This document shows, in pieces, positions 13,392 to 24,083 of a stretch of DNA of 57,540 bases (the stretch's first letter is position 1; every line of letters starts with the position of its first letter). Source of the DNA: Actinomycetota bacterium (GTDB taxonomy: Bacteria; Actinomycetota; Actinomycetes; S36-B12); NCBI GenBank assembly GCA_027729805.1, contig JAQCEO010000005.1, forward strand, positions 1-57,540, in the 5' to 3' direction. Position numbers and translations under genes: made by a program. Under the pieces are notes generated by a model, which had not been told where the DNA came from, did no database searches, and was given only the letters and a program-made list of their open reading frames with translations.

Positions 13392-13397
13392 CAGCGC

Positions 13398-13925
13398 CTA
13401 CTTTCTACGTTCAACGGTCGCTGCCGATGCGGTGTCCGCGTCCAACCCGAGGATCCGGTTAGCCAGTGCCATCGACAAGTTATCCAGTGAGGCGTCAAGA
13501 CTTGGAGCGAGGGACTCGCCTTGAACTTTTAGATCCTCACTCGCCTCCCGCAACTTGTCCGAGACTTCGCCGGTCGCCTCCGCGCGCAGATCGTCGGCAA
13601 CTGCACGCCCCTGCGACCTAGCTTGGTCTCGAAGGCCACCTGCTTGGGATCGGGCCGACAAAAGTTCCTGCTTGAACCCAGCCTCGGCGGCGGCATCTTC
13701 CTCCGCGGCCCGCCGGTTGTCCAAGGCGGTCTGCGCCACCAAGCGGTCGCGCTCCTCCAGAACTTTCTGGACTGGCGCCACCACGAACTTGGCTATCACA
13801 CCGAAGACAATCAGAAAAATAGCCAAGACGAAGAAGAAGGTACCGTTGGGGATCAAGAAGTTGCTGCTACCAGCTTCCGCCTCGCTCGCTACAACGATCA
13901 CACCAGAAACCACTGCTGCAGCCAT
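13398..13925 (-). CDS. atpF: ATP synthase b' subunit
   Basis: NFLIPNGTFF TM segment then coiled coil. Confidence 0.93.
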   Translation of the reverse strand: MAAAVVSGVIVVASEAEAGSSNFLIPNGTFFFVLAIFLIVFGVIAKFVVAPVQKVLEERDRLVAQTALDNRRAAEEDAAAEAGFKQELLSARSQAGGLRDQARSQGRAVADDLRAEATGEVSDKLREASEDLKVQGESLAPSLDASLDNLSMALANRILGLDADTASAATVERRK

Positions 13926-13931
13926 TGCGAC

Positions 13932-14261
<330 letters not shown>

Positions 14262-15023
14262 CTAATGATGCGCATCTTGTGTCTCCGTGGCCTGGCTGAA
14301 ATACAGAATAGTTAGCAGCGCGAAGATGAATGCTTGAATCAGTCCCACGAAGAGATCGAACGTTTTCCATAGTGCGTTGGGAGCCCACATGATGTAGGTG
14401 GGGAGCAAGGCGATCAGACCCACCATGATGACACCGGCGAATATATTGCCGAATAGTCGCAGCGACAACGAGATAGGTTTAGCAATCTCCTCAACGAGGT
14501 TGATCGGCGCCAGAAATGCAACATGGCCTTTGGCGACCTTTATCGGGTAGCCAATGATGCCGCTACGCCGAAAACCCGCCGTGTGGTAGCAAATGAAAAC
14601 TAAAAGTGCGAGCGCCAGTACAAAGTTGATATCGGATGCCGGAGGTTTTAGTAACTCCAGCGTAGCTCCATCAGCCGACGTGTACTGCACTGGCAGCACC
14701 GATATCCAATTCGCTACCAGGATGAACACGAATAGGCTTACCACGAGGGGCAGCACGAATGGTGCAAGTGACAGACCCATTGATGACTGGACCTGCCCTC
14801 GCATTTGAACGGTTACGGCTTCCCAGAACAACTGCACACCACTAGGCACACCGGTAGAGGTGACCTTGGCGCGCAGAATGAAGGCTAGGACTAGGGTGAC
14901 GGCCGCTGCTAATGCGGTCGCGTAGATCGTGTCTGTGTTCACGGTCATTCCCAGCCACGTGGCCGTAGTGTGGTGACCAACCTCAATCGAACTCACGGGC
15001 AACGTCGCGTTCACCATCCCCAC
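14262..15023 (-). CDS. atpB: ATP synthase a subunit
   Basis: [30 protein letters not shown]; start may be ATG at 15017. Confidence 0.97.
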   Translation of the reverse strand: MGMVNATLPVSSIEVGHHTTATWLGMTVNTDTIYATALAAAVTLVLAFILRAKVTSTGVPSGVQLFWEAVTVQMRGQVQSSMGLSLAPFVLPLVVSLFVFILVANWISVLPVQYTSADGATLELLKPPASDINFVLALALLVFICYHTAGFRRSGIIGYPIKVAKGHVAFLAPINLVEEIAKPISLSLRLFGNIFAGVIMVGLIALLPTYIMWAPNALWKTFDLFVGLIQAFIFALLTILYFSQATETQDAHH

Positions 15024-15511
15024 TACGTCCTAGCCTCAGGCTCTGCGCTCACGGACTGGCTCGCCACTTCGGTTGGGTCCGGCGTTAGGGCGTCGTCCGG
15101 ATCACCTTTGCGAATCTTTCGCCAGACCGGGATGACGGTGCTCAGCACCAAGACCACCTGAAACAGCGCTATTCCAAATAGCACACCGAACCCAAAGGGT
15201 CGAAATACGAAAGCAAGGACGAGCGCGATAATCGTGATCACCAGGAGTCGAGTCGCTGAGTTCAGCGCCATCCCGCGCTTGAGTGGGTGATCCTTCGCGG
15301 TGATCGTGGCCACCGACCAACTCACCACCTGCGCATTGAGCAGGCCCAAAGCCATGCCGATGGCAAAGAAAACGCCAAACATGACCGCGCCAGCCAGCGC
15401 CGCCAGCACGATCGCCACACCACCAATTGCGATGCAGAATATGGCGAGCCGTGCCGGTTTAAAAATCACGGACGGTAGTACAAAAGGCGTCTCATCACCT
15501 GGCGCCGACAA
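15023..15511 (-). CDS. atpI: ATP synthase protein I (Rv1303-like)
   Basis: 4 TM helices, [10 protein letters not shown]-like segment and ALNSATRL typical of the mycobacterial family; AGGAGG RBS upstream of TTG. Confidence 0.85.
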   Translation of the reverse strand: MSAPGDETPFVLPSVIFKPARLAIFCIAIGGVAIVLAALAGAVMFGVFFAIGMALGLLNAQVVSWSVATITAKDHPLKRGMALNSATRLLVITIIALVLAFVFRPFGFGVLFGIALFQVVLVLSTVIPVWRKIRKGDPDDALTPDPTEVASQSVSAEPEART

Positions 15512-15566
15512 TGATCCTCCTGCAATTGTGGCAGTCCGAACTAACTCCTTGCTGACCGCGGACGAA

Positions 15567-15575
15567 AAGGTATCA
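15567..15575 (-). promoter_or_regulatory. Extended -10 promoter for atp operon
   Basis: TG-A-TACCTT on the minus strand about 55 nt upstream of atpI. Confidence 0.5.
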
Positions 15576-15618
15576 CGGGTTCTGTGGTTTAACTTGGCGG
15601 GGTGGCCTACCTCGGCGG

Positions 15619-16740
15619 CTAGCCGCGGGTGCCGCTGCGCAGGTACCGGACCTGTGCCACCGGAGCCTTAGGCGGGCGGCGTACCACGAAGATCAATAGG
15701 CAAAGGCCAACCACGAATCCACCAACCGCATACGGCAGCGGCAAGAAGGCCATGGCCACCGCGGCACCGGCAACTAGCGCGGTCCAGGAATACATGATCA
15801 AGACCGCACGGGTCTGGGAGTGGCCCATCTCCAGTAGCCGATGATGCAGGTGCTCCTTGTCGGGTGCGAAGGGGTTACGTCCCGCGCGGGTTCGGCGCAC
15901 CACCGCCAACAGCAGATCAACGAGGGGCACCGCTAGCACCGCGATGGGCAGCAAGATGGGCAGCAAGGTGGGGATGATGGTCGGGCCCGCAAGTGAGCTT
16001 GGATCGACCTGTCCGGACAAGGTGATCGTGCTGGCTGCCAGCAATAAGCCCAGCATCATTGAGCCGGTATCGCCCATGAAGATGCGCGCCCGAAAAACAT
16101 TGTGGGGCAAGAATCCAATGCACATACCGACAAGAAGTACCGATACCAAGGTGGCCAAAGTCGCCCGCTCGACCCCGAGTTCCACCGAGAGCAGGTAGGA
16201 ATAGGCAAAGAATGCTCCAGCAGCCACCGCCACAATGCCAGCAGCTAGTCCGTCTAGTCCATCGATGAAGTTAATGGCGTTAATACTTACCAAGACGATC
16301 AGGACCGTAAAGAGCACACTAGTTAGGGGATCCAGGACGAAAGTGCCGCCGATCGGCAGCCAAATGACCGCAATACCTTGAAATGCCATCACCCCTGCGG
16401 CCAACACCTGTCCGGCCAATTTGATTGGTGCGTCCAGCCCCCATTGATCATCGACTATGCCCAGTAAAACAATGATCGCTACCCCTGAGAGCAGAGCCAG
16501 TGGCGCACTGCCGGTTTCAAAAACCGAACCCATCATGGGCAACTTGCTCGCGAGTAGGAGGCCGGTCAATAGGCCCAGCATCATCGCGATGCCACCTAGA
16601 CGCGGGGTGGACTCAGCGTGCACATCCCGATCTCGCACCTCCGCGATAAAACCGAAGCGGATCGCGAACCGCTCAACAAGTGGAGTGGCCAAATAGGTGA
16701 CCGCGGCCGCGGCGAGTAAGCACAGCAGGTATTCGCGCAC
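15619..16740 (-). CDS. rfe: Polyprenyl-phosphate GlcNAc-1-phosphate transferase (WecA/Rfe)
   Basis: PRLGG, NFIDGLDGLA, IFMGDTGS, DKEHLHHRL. Confidence 0.92.
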   Translation of the reverse strand: MREYLLCLLAAAAVTYLATPLVERFAIRFGFIAEVRDRDVHAESTPRLGGIAMMLGLLTGLLLASKLPMMGSVFETGSAPLALLSGVAIIVLLGIVDDQWGLDAPIKLAGQVLAAGVMAFQGIAVIWLPIGGTFVLDPLTSVLFTVLIVLVSINAINFIDGLDGLAAGIVAVAAGAFFAYSYLLSVELGVERATLATLVSVLLVGMCIGFLPHNVFRARIFMGDTGSMMLGLLLAASTITLSGQVDPSSLAGPTIIPTLLPILLPIAVLAVPLVDLLLAVVRRTRAGRNPFAPDKEHLHHRLLEMGHSQTRAVLIMYSWTALVAGAAVAMAFLPLPYAVGGFVVGLCLLIFVVRRPPKAPVAQVRYLRSGTRG

Positions 16741-16770
16741 CGCCCCTCCTTTCGGTCAACCCTCTTTCGG

Positions 16771-18033
16771 TCAAACCCCCGGGTAGGCCGGGTACCTTGT
16801 CACTAAATCAAGGACGTCGGCTGCAACTTCCGTGGCGGAATTGGGTTCGCGCATCGCGCGACCGATCAAAGTGGCAATCTCTTTCATATTGCTCACATCC
16901 ATCCCCTGCGTAGTGACCGCAGGGGTTCCAACTCGAATACCCGAGCCAACCGATGGCTGCTGCGGATCGTATGGGATTGAGTTCTTGTTCAGGGTGATAC
17001 GAGCCGCATCGCAGCGGACTTCAGCTTCGGCGCCGGTTACGCCAAGGGCTTGTAGGTCAATGAGGGCTAAATGGGTATCGGTGCCACCACTTACCGGGCG
17101 CATACCCTCACCCGCTAGGCCTTCACAAAGGGCTTGGGCGTTAATGATGACCTGCTTGGCGTACTGCTGGTACGCGGGAGTGGCCGCCTCTCTTAGGCTG
17201 ACGGCTTTGGCCGCCACCGCGTGCATCAACGGGCCCCCTTGCATCATCGGGAAGACCGCCCTGTCAATAGCCGCAGCATGCTCGGCTTTGCACAACATCA
17301 TGCCGCCACGCGGACCGCGCAACACCTTGTGGGTGGTGAAGGTGACCACGTCAGCGAAGGGCACCGGGCTGGGGATGGCCTTACCAGCGACTAACCCGAT
17401 GAAATGGGCAGCGTCAACCAGCAAAATGGCCCCAACTTCATCGGCGATAGCGCGAAAAGCGGCGAAATCTATTAGGCGCGAATAGGCCGTAGCTCCACAG
17501 ATGATCATCTTGGGCCGGTGCTCAACGGCGAGTGAACGCACCTCGTCATAGTCAATTAGCTCGGTGTCCTTGCGCACTCCATACGAAATGATGTTGAACC
17601 ACTTACCCGAAAAATTGACTTTGGAACCATGTGTCAAGTGACCACCGTGCGGTAAACTCATAGCCAGCACGGTTTCGCCTGGCATTACGAAAGCACCATA
17701 AGCCGCGATATTGGCACTGGCACCACTATGGGGTTGAAGGTTTGCGTGGTCGGCGCCAAATAGCTCCTTGGCCCGCGCGATCCCGATTTCCTCGGCCACA
17801 TCGACTTCGGCGCAGCCGCCGTAGTACCGGCGCCGCGGGTAACCCTCAGCGTACTTGTTGCTGAGAGTGGACCCGAGGGCCGCAAGCACGGCTGGTGAGG
17901 TGAAGTTCTCACTCGCGATTAGTTGCAGGCCGCTGCGCAAGCGTTCGAGCTCGGCTAGGACCACCCCAGCGATTTGTGGATCCTCGGCGGCTAGTGCGTC
18001 GAAATCCGGACCCCAAAATGGCGTGTTAGTCAT
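16771..18033 (-). CDS. glyA: Serine hydroxymethyltransferase
   Basis: LIASENF, NKYAEGYP, TTHKVLRGPRGG. Confidence 0.97.
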   Translation of the reverse strand: MTNTPFWGPDFDALAAEDPQIAGVVLAELERLRSGLQLIASENFTSPAVLAALGSTLSNKYAEGYPRRRYYGGCAEVDVAEEIGIARAKELFGADHANLQPHSGASANIAAYGAFVMPGETVLAMSLPHGGHLTHGSKVNFSGKWFNIISYGVRKDTELIDYDEVRSLAVEHRPKMIICGATAYSRLIDFAAFRAIADEVGAILLVDAAHFIGLVAGKAIPSPVPFADVVTFTTHKVLRGPRGGMMLCKAEHAAAIDRAVFPMMQGGPLMHAVAAKAVSLREAATPAYQQYAKQVIINAQALCEGLAGEGMRPVSGGTDTHLALIDLQALGVTGAEAEVRCDAARITLNKNSIPYDPQQPSVGSGIRVGTPAVTTQGMDVSNMKEIATLIGRAMREPNSATEVAADVLDLVTRYPAYPGV

Positions 18034-18081
18034 CGAACTCCCTAAGTGTTGGTGGAACCACTGTACGCAATGCCGCCTCAA

Positions 18082-18783
18082 CTACCCCGGAAGCGTTTCC
18101 GCGGTCGCATCTACTAAATCCGGGCAAACCGCCCGAAGTTCGTTGATCGCGACCGCCCCCGCCCGCACTAGTTCTGGGGCCGGGCCCCGCAGGTCCACCA
18201 CTGTACTGCTCATACCGCCCGAGAACGTGCCGGGGTCCGCTGGCAGCACCCCTAGGTCACCCACGTCAAGGGCCAGAACAATGGCCTCCCCAAATTGCGC
18301 TACCGCATCGTCAACGGAGGTGGCGGGGGCGATACCGGCCACATTAGCGCCGGTAACGGCCAGCGGACCGGTTGCCCGCAGCAGCTCCAGTAGCAGGGGG
18401 TGTAGCGGCATCCGAGCCGCCAGCGGCGCCTCCCGCGGCATTTCCCAGGCCAAGGTCGGTTGGGGTTCAAAGAGCAGCGTCAACAATCCAGGCCAGAAGT
18501 TCCCCATGAGGGCTCGGGCCGCAGGCAACCCCACGTGCACCGCCAGCCCGCTCATGGTCGCCATTCCCGGCACCATGATCGGCACCGGCACCTGATTGGA
18601 CTGGCCTTTGGCCTTACGTAAAGTTGCCACCCCGCGGTTGCTAAATGGGTCCGTCGCCAAGGCATAAACGCTCTCGGTCGGGACCAAGATCAAGTCACCG
18701 CGTCGCGCCGCTGAAGTGGCCGCGCTCAGTGCGCGCGCCCGATCGGGGTGATCGCCGCTCGTTCCGCAGGCCAGCCGCAGCAT
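18082..18783 (-). CDS. tsaC: L-threonylcarbamoyladenylate synthase (Sua5/TsaC)
   Basis: PTESVYAL, FWPGLLT, TGAN, STVVDL. Confidence 0.9.
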   Translation of the reverse strand: MLRLACGTSGDHPDRARALSAATSAARRGDLILVPTESVYALATDPFSNRGVATLRKAKGQSNQVPVPIMVPGMATMSGLAVHVGLPAARALMGNFWPGLLTLLFEPQPTLAWEMPREAPLAARMPLHPLLLELLRATGPLAVTGANVAGIAPATSVDDAVAQFGEAIVLALDVGDLGVLPADPGTFSGGMSSTVVDLRGPAPELVRAGAVAINELRAVCPDLVDATAETLPG

Positions 18784-18797
18784 CAATAGCCCCTTTG

Positions 18798-19784
18798 TTA
18801 GTTAGTTCGACGCGCGATAGTAAACCGCGGTAATCCATTTAGGTCTTGGCGATCAACGACCGAATCCCACACCGCATGACCGACCGGTACATTGGCAACC
18901 AGCGCCAGTTCTTCGTCCGCCAGCATACTTCGGGTTAAGCCGGCAACCCCTCTAAGACCCGCATCGGCTCCTTGGACGTCGGCGTGCTCTATCACCACTA
19001 GCCCACCGGGCTTAAGTAATATTGCCGCGGTGCGCAGGACACCTCGCACTACGTCGAGGCCATCTGCGCCGGCAAAAAGTGCCACCTTGGGCTCATGATC
19101 GCGCACTTCAGGCTCCCGCGGCACCATTTGCGCCGGAATATAAGGCGGATTAGAAATGATCACGGCTACCTGGCCGACCAACCGCGCGAGCCCATGCCCA
19201 GCATCGGCAACAACAGTTGCGTCATCGTGCAGCACATCAACGCTAGAGCCAGCCGCGGTCAGCGCCCGCTCCTGCGCGGCCAGATTTCGCCGCGTCCAAC
19301 ACACCGCTTCGTCATCGACTTCGACGGCGTAAACCAAACAGCCATCTACCTCGATGCCGATCGAGAGTGCAATTGCCCCGCTTCCTGCACAAAGATCAAC
19401 CGCGATTCGCTCGGGCGCCGGTAGTGCACGTAATTCACGGATCCCGACTTCGACAACGAGTTCGGTTTCTGGGCGCGGGATGAAAACTCCTGGTCCAACT
19501 TGAAGTTCAATGTGACGAAATGCGGCAACGCCCAAAATGTGCTGCAACGGCACTCTAGAAATGCGCTTGGTCAATAGTTGCTCGACTCGCACTCGCTGTT
19601 CGGGAGTAACCAAATCCTGCAAGATCATTCGATTACGTCGCACTCCAAGTACGAATGCGACGATTTCAGCGGCGTCGATACTTGGCGACGGCACAGCGGC
19701 AGTACTTAGCCGCCGCTCCGCATCGAAGAGCACGTCACGCACCGTGACGCGGCCACCGGTGGTCTGGGCAACATCCCAGCTCAC
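18798..19784 (-). CDS. prmC: Release factor glutamine methyltransferase
   Basis: [21 protein letters not shown]; coupled to prfA. Confidence 0.93.
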   Translation of the reverse strand: MSWDVAQTTGGRVTVRDVLFDAERRLSTAAVPSPSIDAAEIVAFVLGVRRNRMILQDLVTPEQRVRVEQLLTKRISRVPLQHILGVAAFRHIELQVGPGVFIPRPETELVVEVGIRELRALPAPERIAVDLCAGSGAIALSIGIEVDGCLVYAVEVDDEAVCWTRRNLAAQERALTAAGSSVDVLHDDATVVADAGHGLARLVGQVAVIISNPPYIPAQMVPREPEVRDHEPKVALFAGADGLDVVRGVLRTAAILLKPGGLVVIEHADVQGADAGLRGVAGLTRSMLADEELALVANVPVGHAVWDSVVDRQDLNGLPRFTIARRTN

Positions 19785-20854
19785 GATGGGGTGTCACCCA
19801 ATCGCACCGCGTTATCAGCCTCCATGCAGGCGTTGATTACATCGTCAAGATCACCGTCAAGGATTTGGTCCAGGTTATGGGACTTGTACCCGACACGATG
19901 GTCTGCTAGTCGATTCTCGGGAAAGTTAAAAGTTCGAATGCGCTCACTACGGTCAACCGTGCGCACTTGGAGCTTGCGCGCATCCGAAGCATCCTGCGCC
20001 GCTTGCTCCTGAGCGGCCGCGAGCAGGCGCGCGCGCAGGATCCGCATCGCCTGTTCCCTGTTTTGCAACTGGCTCTTCTCGTTCTGGCACGAGACCACCA
20101 CTCCGGTTGGAATATGGGTAATCCGCACCGCGGAATCGGTCGTGTTGACACTTTGTCCGCCCGGGCCTGAGGATCTAAAAACGTCGATCCGTAGATCATT
20201 CGGATCCACCACGATGTCAACATCCTCGGCTTCCGGGAAAACCAGCACGCCAGCAGCAGAGGTATGGATGCGGCCTTGGGATTCTGTCACCGGCACTCGT
20301 TGCACGCGGTGGACCCCACCTTCGTATTTGAGGCGGGCGTAGGGGGCAGCACCAGGTTCCGGGTTACCACGTGCCTTGACCGCCAGCGCAACATCTTTAT
20401 ATCCGCCCAGATCGGACTCAACCGCATCGATAATTTGGGTGGTCCAACCACGACGTTCGGCATAGCGCATGTACATGCGCAGCAGATCAGCGGCAAAAAG
20501 TGCCGACTCTTCGCCGCCCTCCCCCGCTTTTACCTCCAAGATGACATCCTTGTCATCAAGCGGGTCTCTAGGTAACAACAATCGGGTCAGCCGCTCGGCC
20601 GCTGCCTTTTCGCGATCAACTAGATCGAGCAACTCATCGGCAAATGATTGATCCGCGTCAGCGAGTTCGGTAGCGGCAACTACATCATCGGCCAAGGTCA
20701 CCCATTCGCGGTAAGCGGTGATGATCGGGCGTAATTGCGCGTACCGGCGGCCGAATCTCCGCGCCACCGACTGGTCCGCGTGCACGGCGGGGTCGGCAAG
20801 CTTGAGCTCTAGGTCGCTGTACTCAGCACTGAGTTCAGCACATGACTCGAACAT
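19781..20854 (-). CDS. prfA: Peptide chain release factor 1
   Basis: PVT recognition loop, GPGGQSVN. Confidence 0.98.
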   Translation of the reverse strand: MFESCAELSAEYSDLELKLADPAVHADQSVARRFGRRYAQLRPIITAYREWVTLADDVVAATELADADQSFADELLDLVDREKAAAERLTRLLLPRDPLDDKDVILEVKAGEGGEESALFAADLLRMYMRYAERRGWTTQIIDAVESDLGGYKDVALAVKARGNPEPGAAPYARLKYEGGVHRVQRVPVTESQGRIHTSAAGVLVFPEAEDVDIVVDPNDLRIDVFRSSGPGGQSVNTTDSAVRITHIPTGVVVSCQNEKSQLQNREQAMRILRARLLAAAQEQAAQDASDARKLQVRTVDRSERIRTFNFPENRLADHRVGYKSHNLDQILDGDLDDVINACMEADNAVRLGDTPS

Positions 20855-20900
20855 CGATCCTCCTTCCGCACTTCACCTACCTAGCCAAGCCAAAGAAGAT

Positions 20901-20981
20901 AAAACGATCCCGGGCGCCGGTCAGGGACCGACCGCATGACGGGGGAGACACGCGGTCGATCCCGGGCCGGCGCCCGGGATC
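20901..20981 (-). terminator. Long hairpin / terminator downstream of rpmE
   Basis: 15-bp IR GATCCCGGGCGCCGG (20906-20920) / CCGGCGCCCGGGATC (20967-20981) followed on the minus strand by TTTT. Confidence 0.65.
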
Positions 20982-20986
20982 ACAAG

Positions 20987-21214
20987 CTACTTATCAGCGG
21001 ATTGATCCGCCGCCTTACCGTAACGCGTTTCAAACTTAGCGACCCGGCCACCGGTATCAAGAATCTTCTGCTTACCGGTGTAGAACGGGTGGCACTGCGA
21101 GCAGACATCGGCGTGGATACTGCCGTTCTTCGCGGTGCTGCGGGTGGTGAAGCTACTACCACAGGTACAGGTCACCGTAGTTTCGGCATATGCCGGATGA
21201 ATATCGGCTTTCAC
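20987..21214 (-). CDS. rpmE: 50S ribosomal protein L31 (Zn-binding type A)
   Basis: IHPAY, CTC...[10 protein letters not shown]. Confidence 0.97.
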   Translation of the reverse strand: MKADIHPAYAETTVTCTCGSSFTTRSTAKNGSIHADVCSQCHPFYTGKQKILDTGGRVAKFETRYGKAADQSADK

Positions 21215-21233
21215 GACTGACTCCTTGCCTCAG

Positions 21234-21280
21234 CCCCGGGTCGGCTGCCCGATCGGAGTGATCGGGACCGTGAACCGGAA
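21234..21280 (-). promoter_or_regulatory. Putative L31 ribosomal leader RNA (actinobacterial type)
   Basis: 5'UTR TTCCGGTTCACG-[GTCCCGATC ACTCC GATCGGGC]-AGCCGACCCGGGG; outer CCGG...CCGG stem with inner hairpin just before the rpmE RBS. Confidence 0.6.
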
Positions 21281-21349
21281 CGCACTTATTATTGCACCCT
21301 CAGCCCACCAGCGTGAAATCGACCTTTTTGGGCCTTAGTCGCCTGCCTA

Positions 21350-22969
21350 TTAGTCATCCTCGCCATTGCCCGATGCCGTGGTCTTTTGAATCTGCATCAA
21401 GAACTCGGTATTGGTTTTCGTGTCCCGCAATTTGGTGAGCAGGAGCTCTATTGCCTGCTGCTGGTCCAGTGCATGGAGCACCCGACGCAGTTTCCAGACG
21501 ATCTTTAATTCCTCGGAGCTCATGAGCAGTTCTTCCTTGCGGGTACCGGACGAGTCAACGTCCACCGCCGGGAAGACCCGCTTATCGGCTAGGCGGCGAT
21601 CCAGCTTGAGTTCCATATTGCCGGTGCCTTTGAACTCCTCGAAAATTACCTCGTCCATTCGGGACCCGGTTTCTACCAGCGCCGTTGCCAAGATGGTTAG
21701 GGAGCCACCGCCTTCGATATTGCGGGCGGCACCGAAGAACTTCTTGGGGGGATATAGCGCCGTTGAGTCGACGCCACCGGACAGGATCCGGCCCGATGCC
21801 GGTGCCGCCAAGTTGTAGGCACGGCCCAAACGGGTCATCGAATCAAGTAGCACTACCACATCGTGGCCGAGTTCGACCAATCTCTTGGCGCGCTCAATTG
21901 ACAGTTCAGCGATGATCGTGTGATCTTCGGCCGGTCGATCAAATGTTGAGGCGATTACCTCGCCCTTGACCGAACGCTGCATATCGGTTACTTCTTCTGG
22001 GCGCTCGTCCACTAGGACGACCATGAGGTGTACTTCTGGGTTATTCGCGGTGATCGCGTTTGCAATAGCTTGTAGCACCATAGTCTTACCCGCTTTTGGC
22101 GGGGAGACGATCAAGCCACGCTGGCCCTTTCCGATCGGTGCCACTAGGTCAATCACCCGGGTCGTCAAATTTATCGGATCATTTTCCAGGCGCAGACGAT
22201 CTTGCGGGTAAAGGGGTGTCAGCTTTGCGAACTCTGGCCGATTGCGTGCAGATTCAAGATCGCCACCGTTGACAGTCTCGATGCGCACAAGTGGATTGAA
22301 TTTCTCCCGGCGCTCGCCATCGGGTGGCTGCCTTACCAGGCCGGTGATCGCATCACCCTTGCGCAGGCCATGCTTGCGGACGAGTGACAACGACACATAA
22401 ACGTCATTCGGACCCGGCATGTAGCCACTGGTGCGTACAAATGCGTAGTTATCCAGCACATCAAGAATGCCTGCGACCGGAGTCAGGATGTCATCTGGCG
22501 AAATCTCAATCTCGGCCTCGTTGAATCCACCCTCACGACGGGGGCCGCGATCCCGCGAACGGCCACGGCGGCGGCTGCCGTCATTGCCGCCACGATTATC
22601 GCGGTCCCCCCCGCCACTACGGTTGTTATTGAACCCACGATTATCGCGATCACCACCGCCATTACGGTTGTTATTGAAGCCGCGATTATTGCGATCACCG
22701 CCATTACGGTTATCTCGATTATCGCGGTCATCGGTGCGCGCAGCGGTGTCCTCGGTTGCCGGCGCCGCGATTGGCGCGCCCGGCTGGTCTGGCGCCTTGG
22801 CCCGCGTATGTTTTTCACTTATCGCTGCTACTAGATCACCCTTACGCATAGCGCCCGAGCCGGTGATGCCTAATTTGGCGGCCACCTGCTTCAGTTCGGG
22901 AAGCAACATTGTTGATAGGTCACTGCCGCTGCCATTGGCTGATTTCGCGGCGGACGTTGTATCGGTCAC
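21350..22969 (-). CDS. rho: Transcription termination factor Rho with N-terminal insertion
   Basis: PIGKGQRGLIVSPPKAGKT, DSMTRLGRAYN, FKGTGNME. Confidence 0.97.
   Translation of the reverse strand: MTDTTSAAKSANGSGSDLSTMLLPELKQVAAKLGITGSGAMRKGDLVAAISEKHTRAKAPDQPGAPIAAPATEDTAARTDDRDNRDNRNGGDRNNRGFNNNRNGGGDRDNRGFNNNRSGGGDRDNRGGNDGSRRRGRSRDRGPRREGGFNEAEIEISPDDILTPVAGILDVLDNYAFVRTSGYMPGPNDVYVSLSLVRKHGLRKGDAITGLVRQPPDGERREKFNPLVRIETVNGGDLESARNRPEFAKLTPLYPQDRLRLENDPINLTTRVIDLVAPIGKGQRGLIVSPPKAGKTMVLQAIANAITANNPEVHLMVVLVDERPEEVTDMQRSVKGEVIASTFDRPAEDHTIIAELSIERAKRLVELGHDVVVLLDSMTRLGRAYNLAAPASGRILSGGVDSTALYPPKKFFGAARNIEGGGSLTILATALVETGSRMDEVIFEEFKGTGNMELKLDRRLADKRVFPAVDVDSSGTRKEELLMSSEELKIVWKLRRVLHALDQQQAIELLLTKLRDTKTNTEFLMQIQKTTASGNGEDD
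22591..22730 (-). repeat. 45-nt-period coding repeats in the rho insertion domain
   Basis: Encodes DRNNRGFNNNRNGGG / DRDNRGFNNNRSGGG / DRDNRGG. Confidence 0.85.
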
Positions 22970-23162
22970 ACATTTCCTTTATTCGTTGGGAGCTCCGGCA
23001 AGATGTGTTCGTGACCATCCGAGGTTCCATCGGAAATAAATACCCGAAAAGGGCTTCGAATTTGTCACTTGGAGAAGTACGGCAACTTGGCTGTAACTTG
23101 GCCGACATCAGCGGAACAACCACACCCTAACACATACCCGGAGGAATACCGTAATTAGGGGG

Positions 23163-24083
23163 TCAAGCCCCGATCGGCACGGTCCGCACCCCGTGCCCAG
23201 CGACCTGGACCGGGCGCACCTGCCAGTTGGCCCCTGCCAGCACCGCCACCAGATCCATATTTGGCACCGACGCCAGCGCCAGCACACTCGGGCCGGCACC
23301 GGAGATCACCGCCGGCACCCCGTTGTCCCTTAGTGCCCCGACCAGATCCAAGGACGGCCCATACATCGGTCGGCGACAGTTTTGGTGGAGACGATCGGTA
23401 GTGGCCTCCATCAAGTGGTCCGGCTCGGCGGTCAGCGCATGTAGCAGCAATGCGGAGCGTGCGACATTAAAGGCCGCATCGTCAAAAGCGACTTCGAGCG
23501 GCAAAGTCGCTCTAGCATCTGCGGTGGGCAAGCCCGATTCCGGTACCGCAATTACCGGGCGGATAGCAGGATGCAGGTCCAGGCGAATATGACCGGCCAC
23601 ACCGGACTCATCAGTCCAAGCAAATGTCAAGCCTCCATAAAGAGCTGCCGAAATATTATCCGGATGCGACTCCATTGACTTGGCAATCTGCAGCAACATT
23701 GAGTCAGGCAACAAGGTGTCGCCCTCGACCACCAACGCGCGTGCGAGGGCCAGCCCACCAACAATCGCCGCGGCGGAAGATCCCAATCCGCGGCCGTGGG
23801 GGATAGCGTTATCGCACCTTAGGATGAAGCCACTTGGATGTGCATCCATGGCCGCAAACCCAAGTACCATCGAGCGCGCAACTAAGTGCGAACCATCAAG
23901 TGGGACGCTGTCAGCACCTGCCCCGGCCACTTCGATCAAGACACCATCATCATCAGTGATCATTGCTACTAGGTCATCGACGATGTCGAATGCCAGGGCG
24001 GCCGAATCAAATGCAGGGCCAATATTTGCACTTGATGCGGGTACCTGAACGCGCACCGGATCCCGGCACAACTGCGCTACCAT
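23163..24083 (-). CDS. thrB: Homoserine kinase
   Basis: PASSANIGP, IPHGRGLGSS, HPDN, SGAGPS. Confidence 0.95.
   Translation of the reverse strand: MVAQLCRDPVRVQVPASSANIGPAFDSAALAFDIVDDLVAMITDDDGVLIEVAGAGADSVPLDGSHLVARSMVLGFAAMDAHPSGFILRCDNAIPHGRGLGSSAAAIVGGLALARALVVEGDTLLPDSMLLQIAKSMESHPDNISAALYGGLTFAWTDESGVAGHIRLDLHPAIRPVIAVPESGLPTADARATLPLEVAFDDAAFNVARSALLLHALTAEPDHLMEATTDRLHQNCRRPMYGPSLDLVGALRDNGVPAVISGAGPSVLALASVPNMDLVAVLAGANWQVRPVQVAGHGVRTVPIGA

Noticed and set aside
16749-16774. Short duplication CTTTCGGTCAA x2 between glyA and rfe
   Set aside because: Small local duplication around the stop codon and RBS; no evidence of function.
22591-22730. Repeats resembling a mini CRISPR array
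   Set aside because: In-frame coding repeats in rho with no unique spacers and no cas genes.
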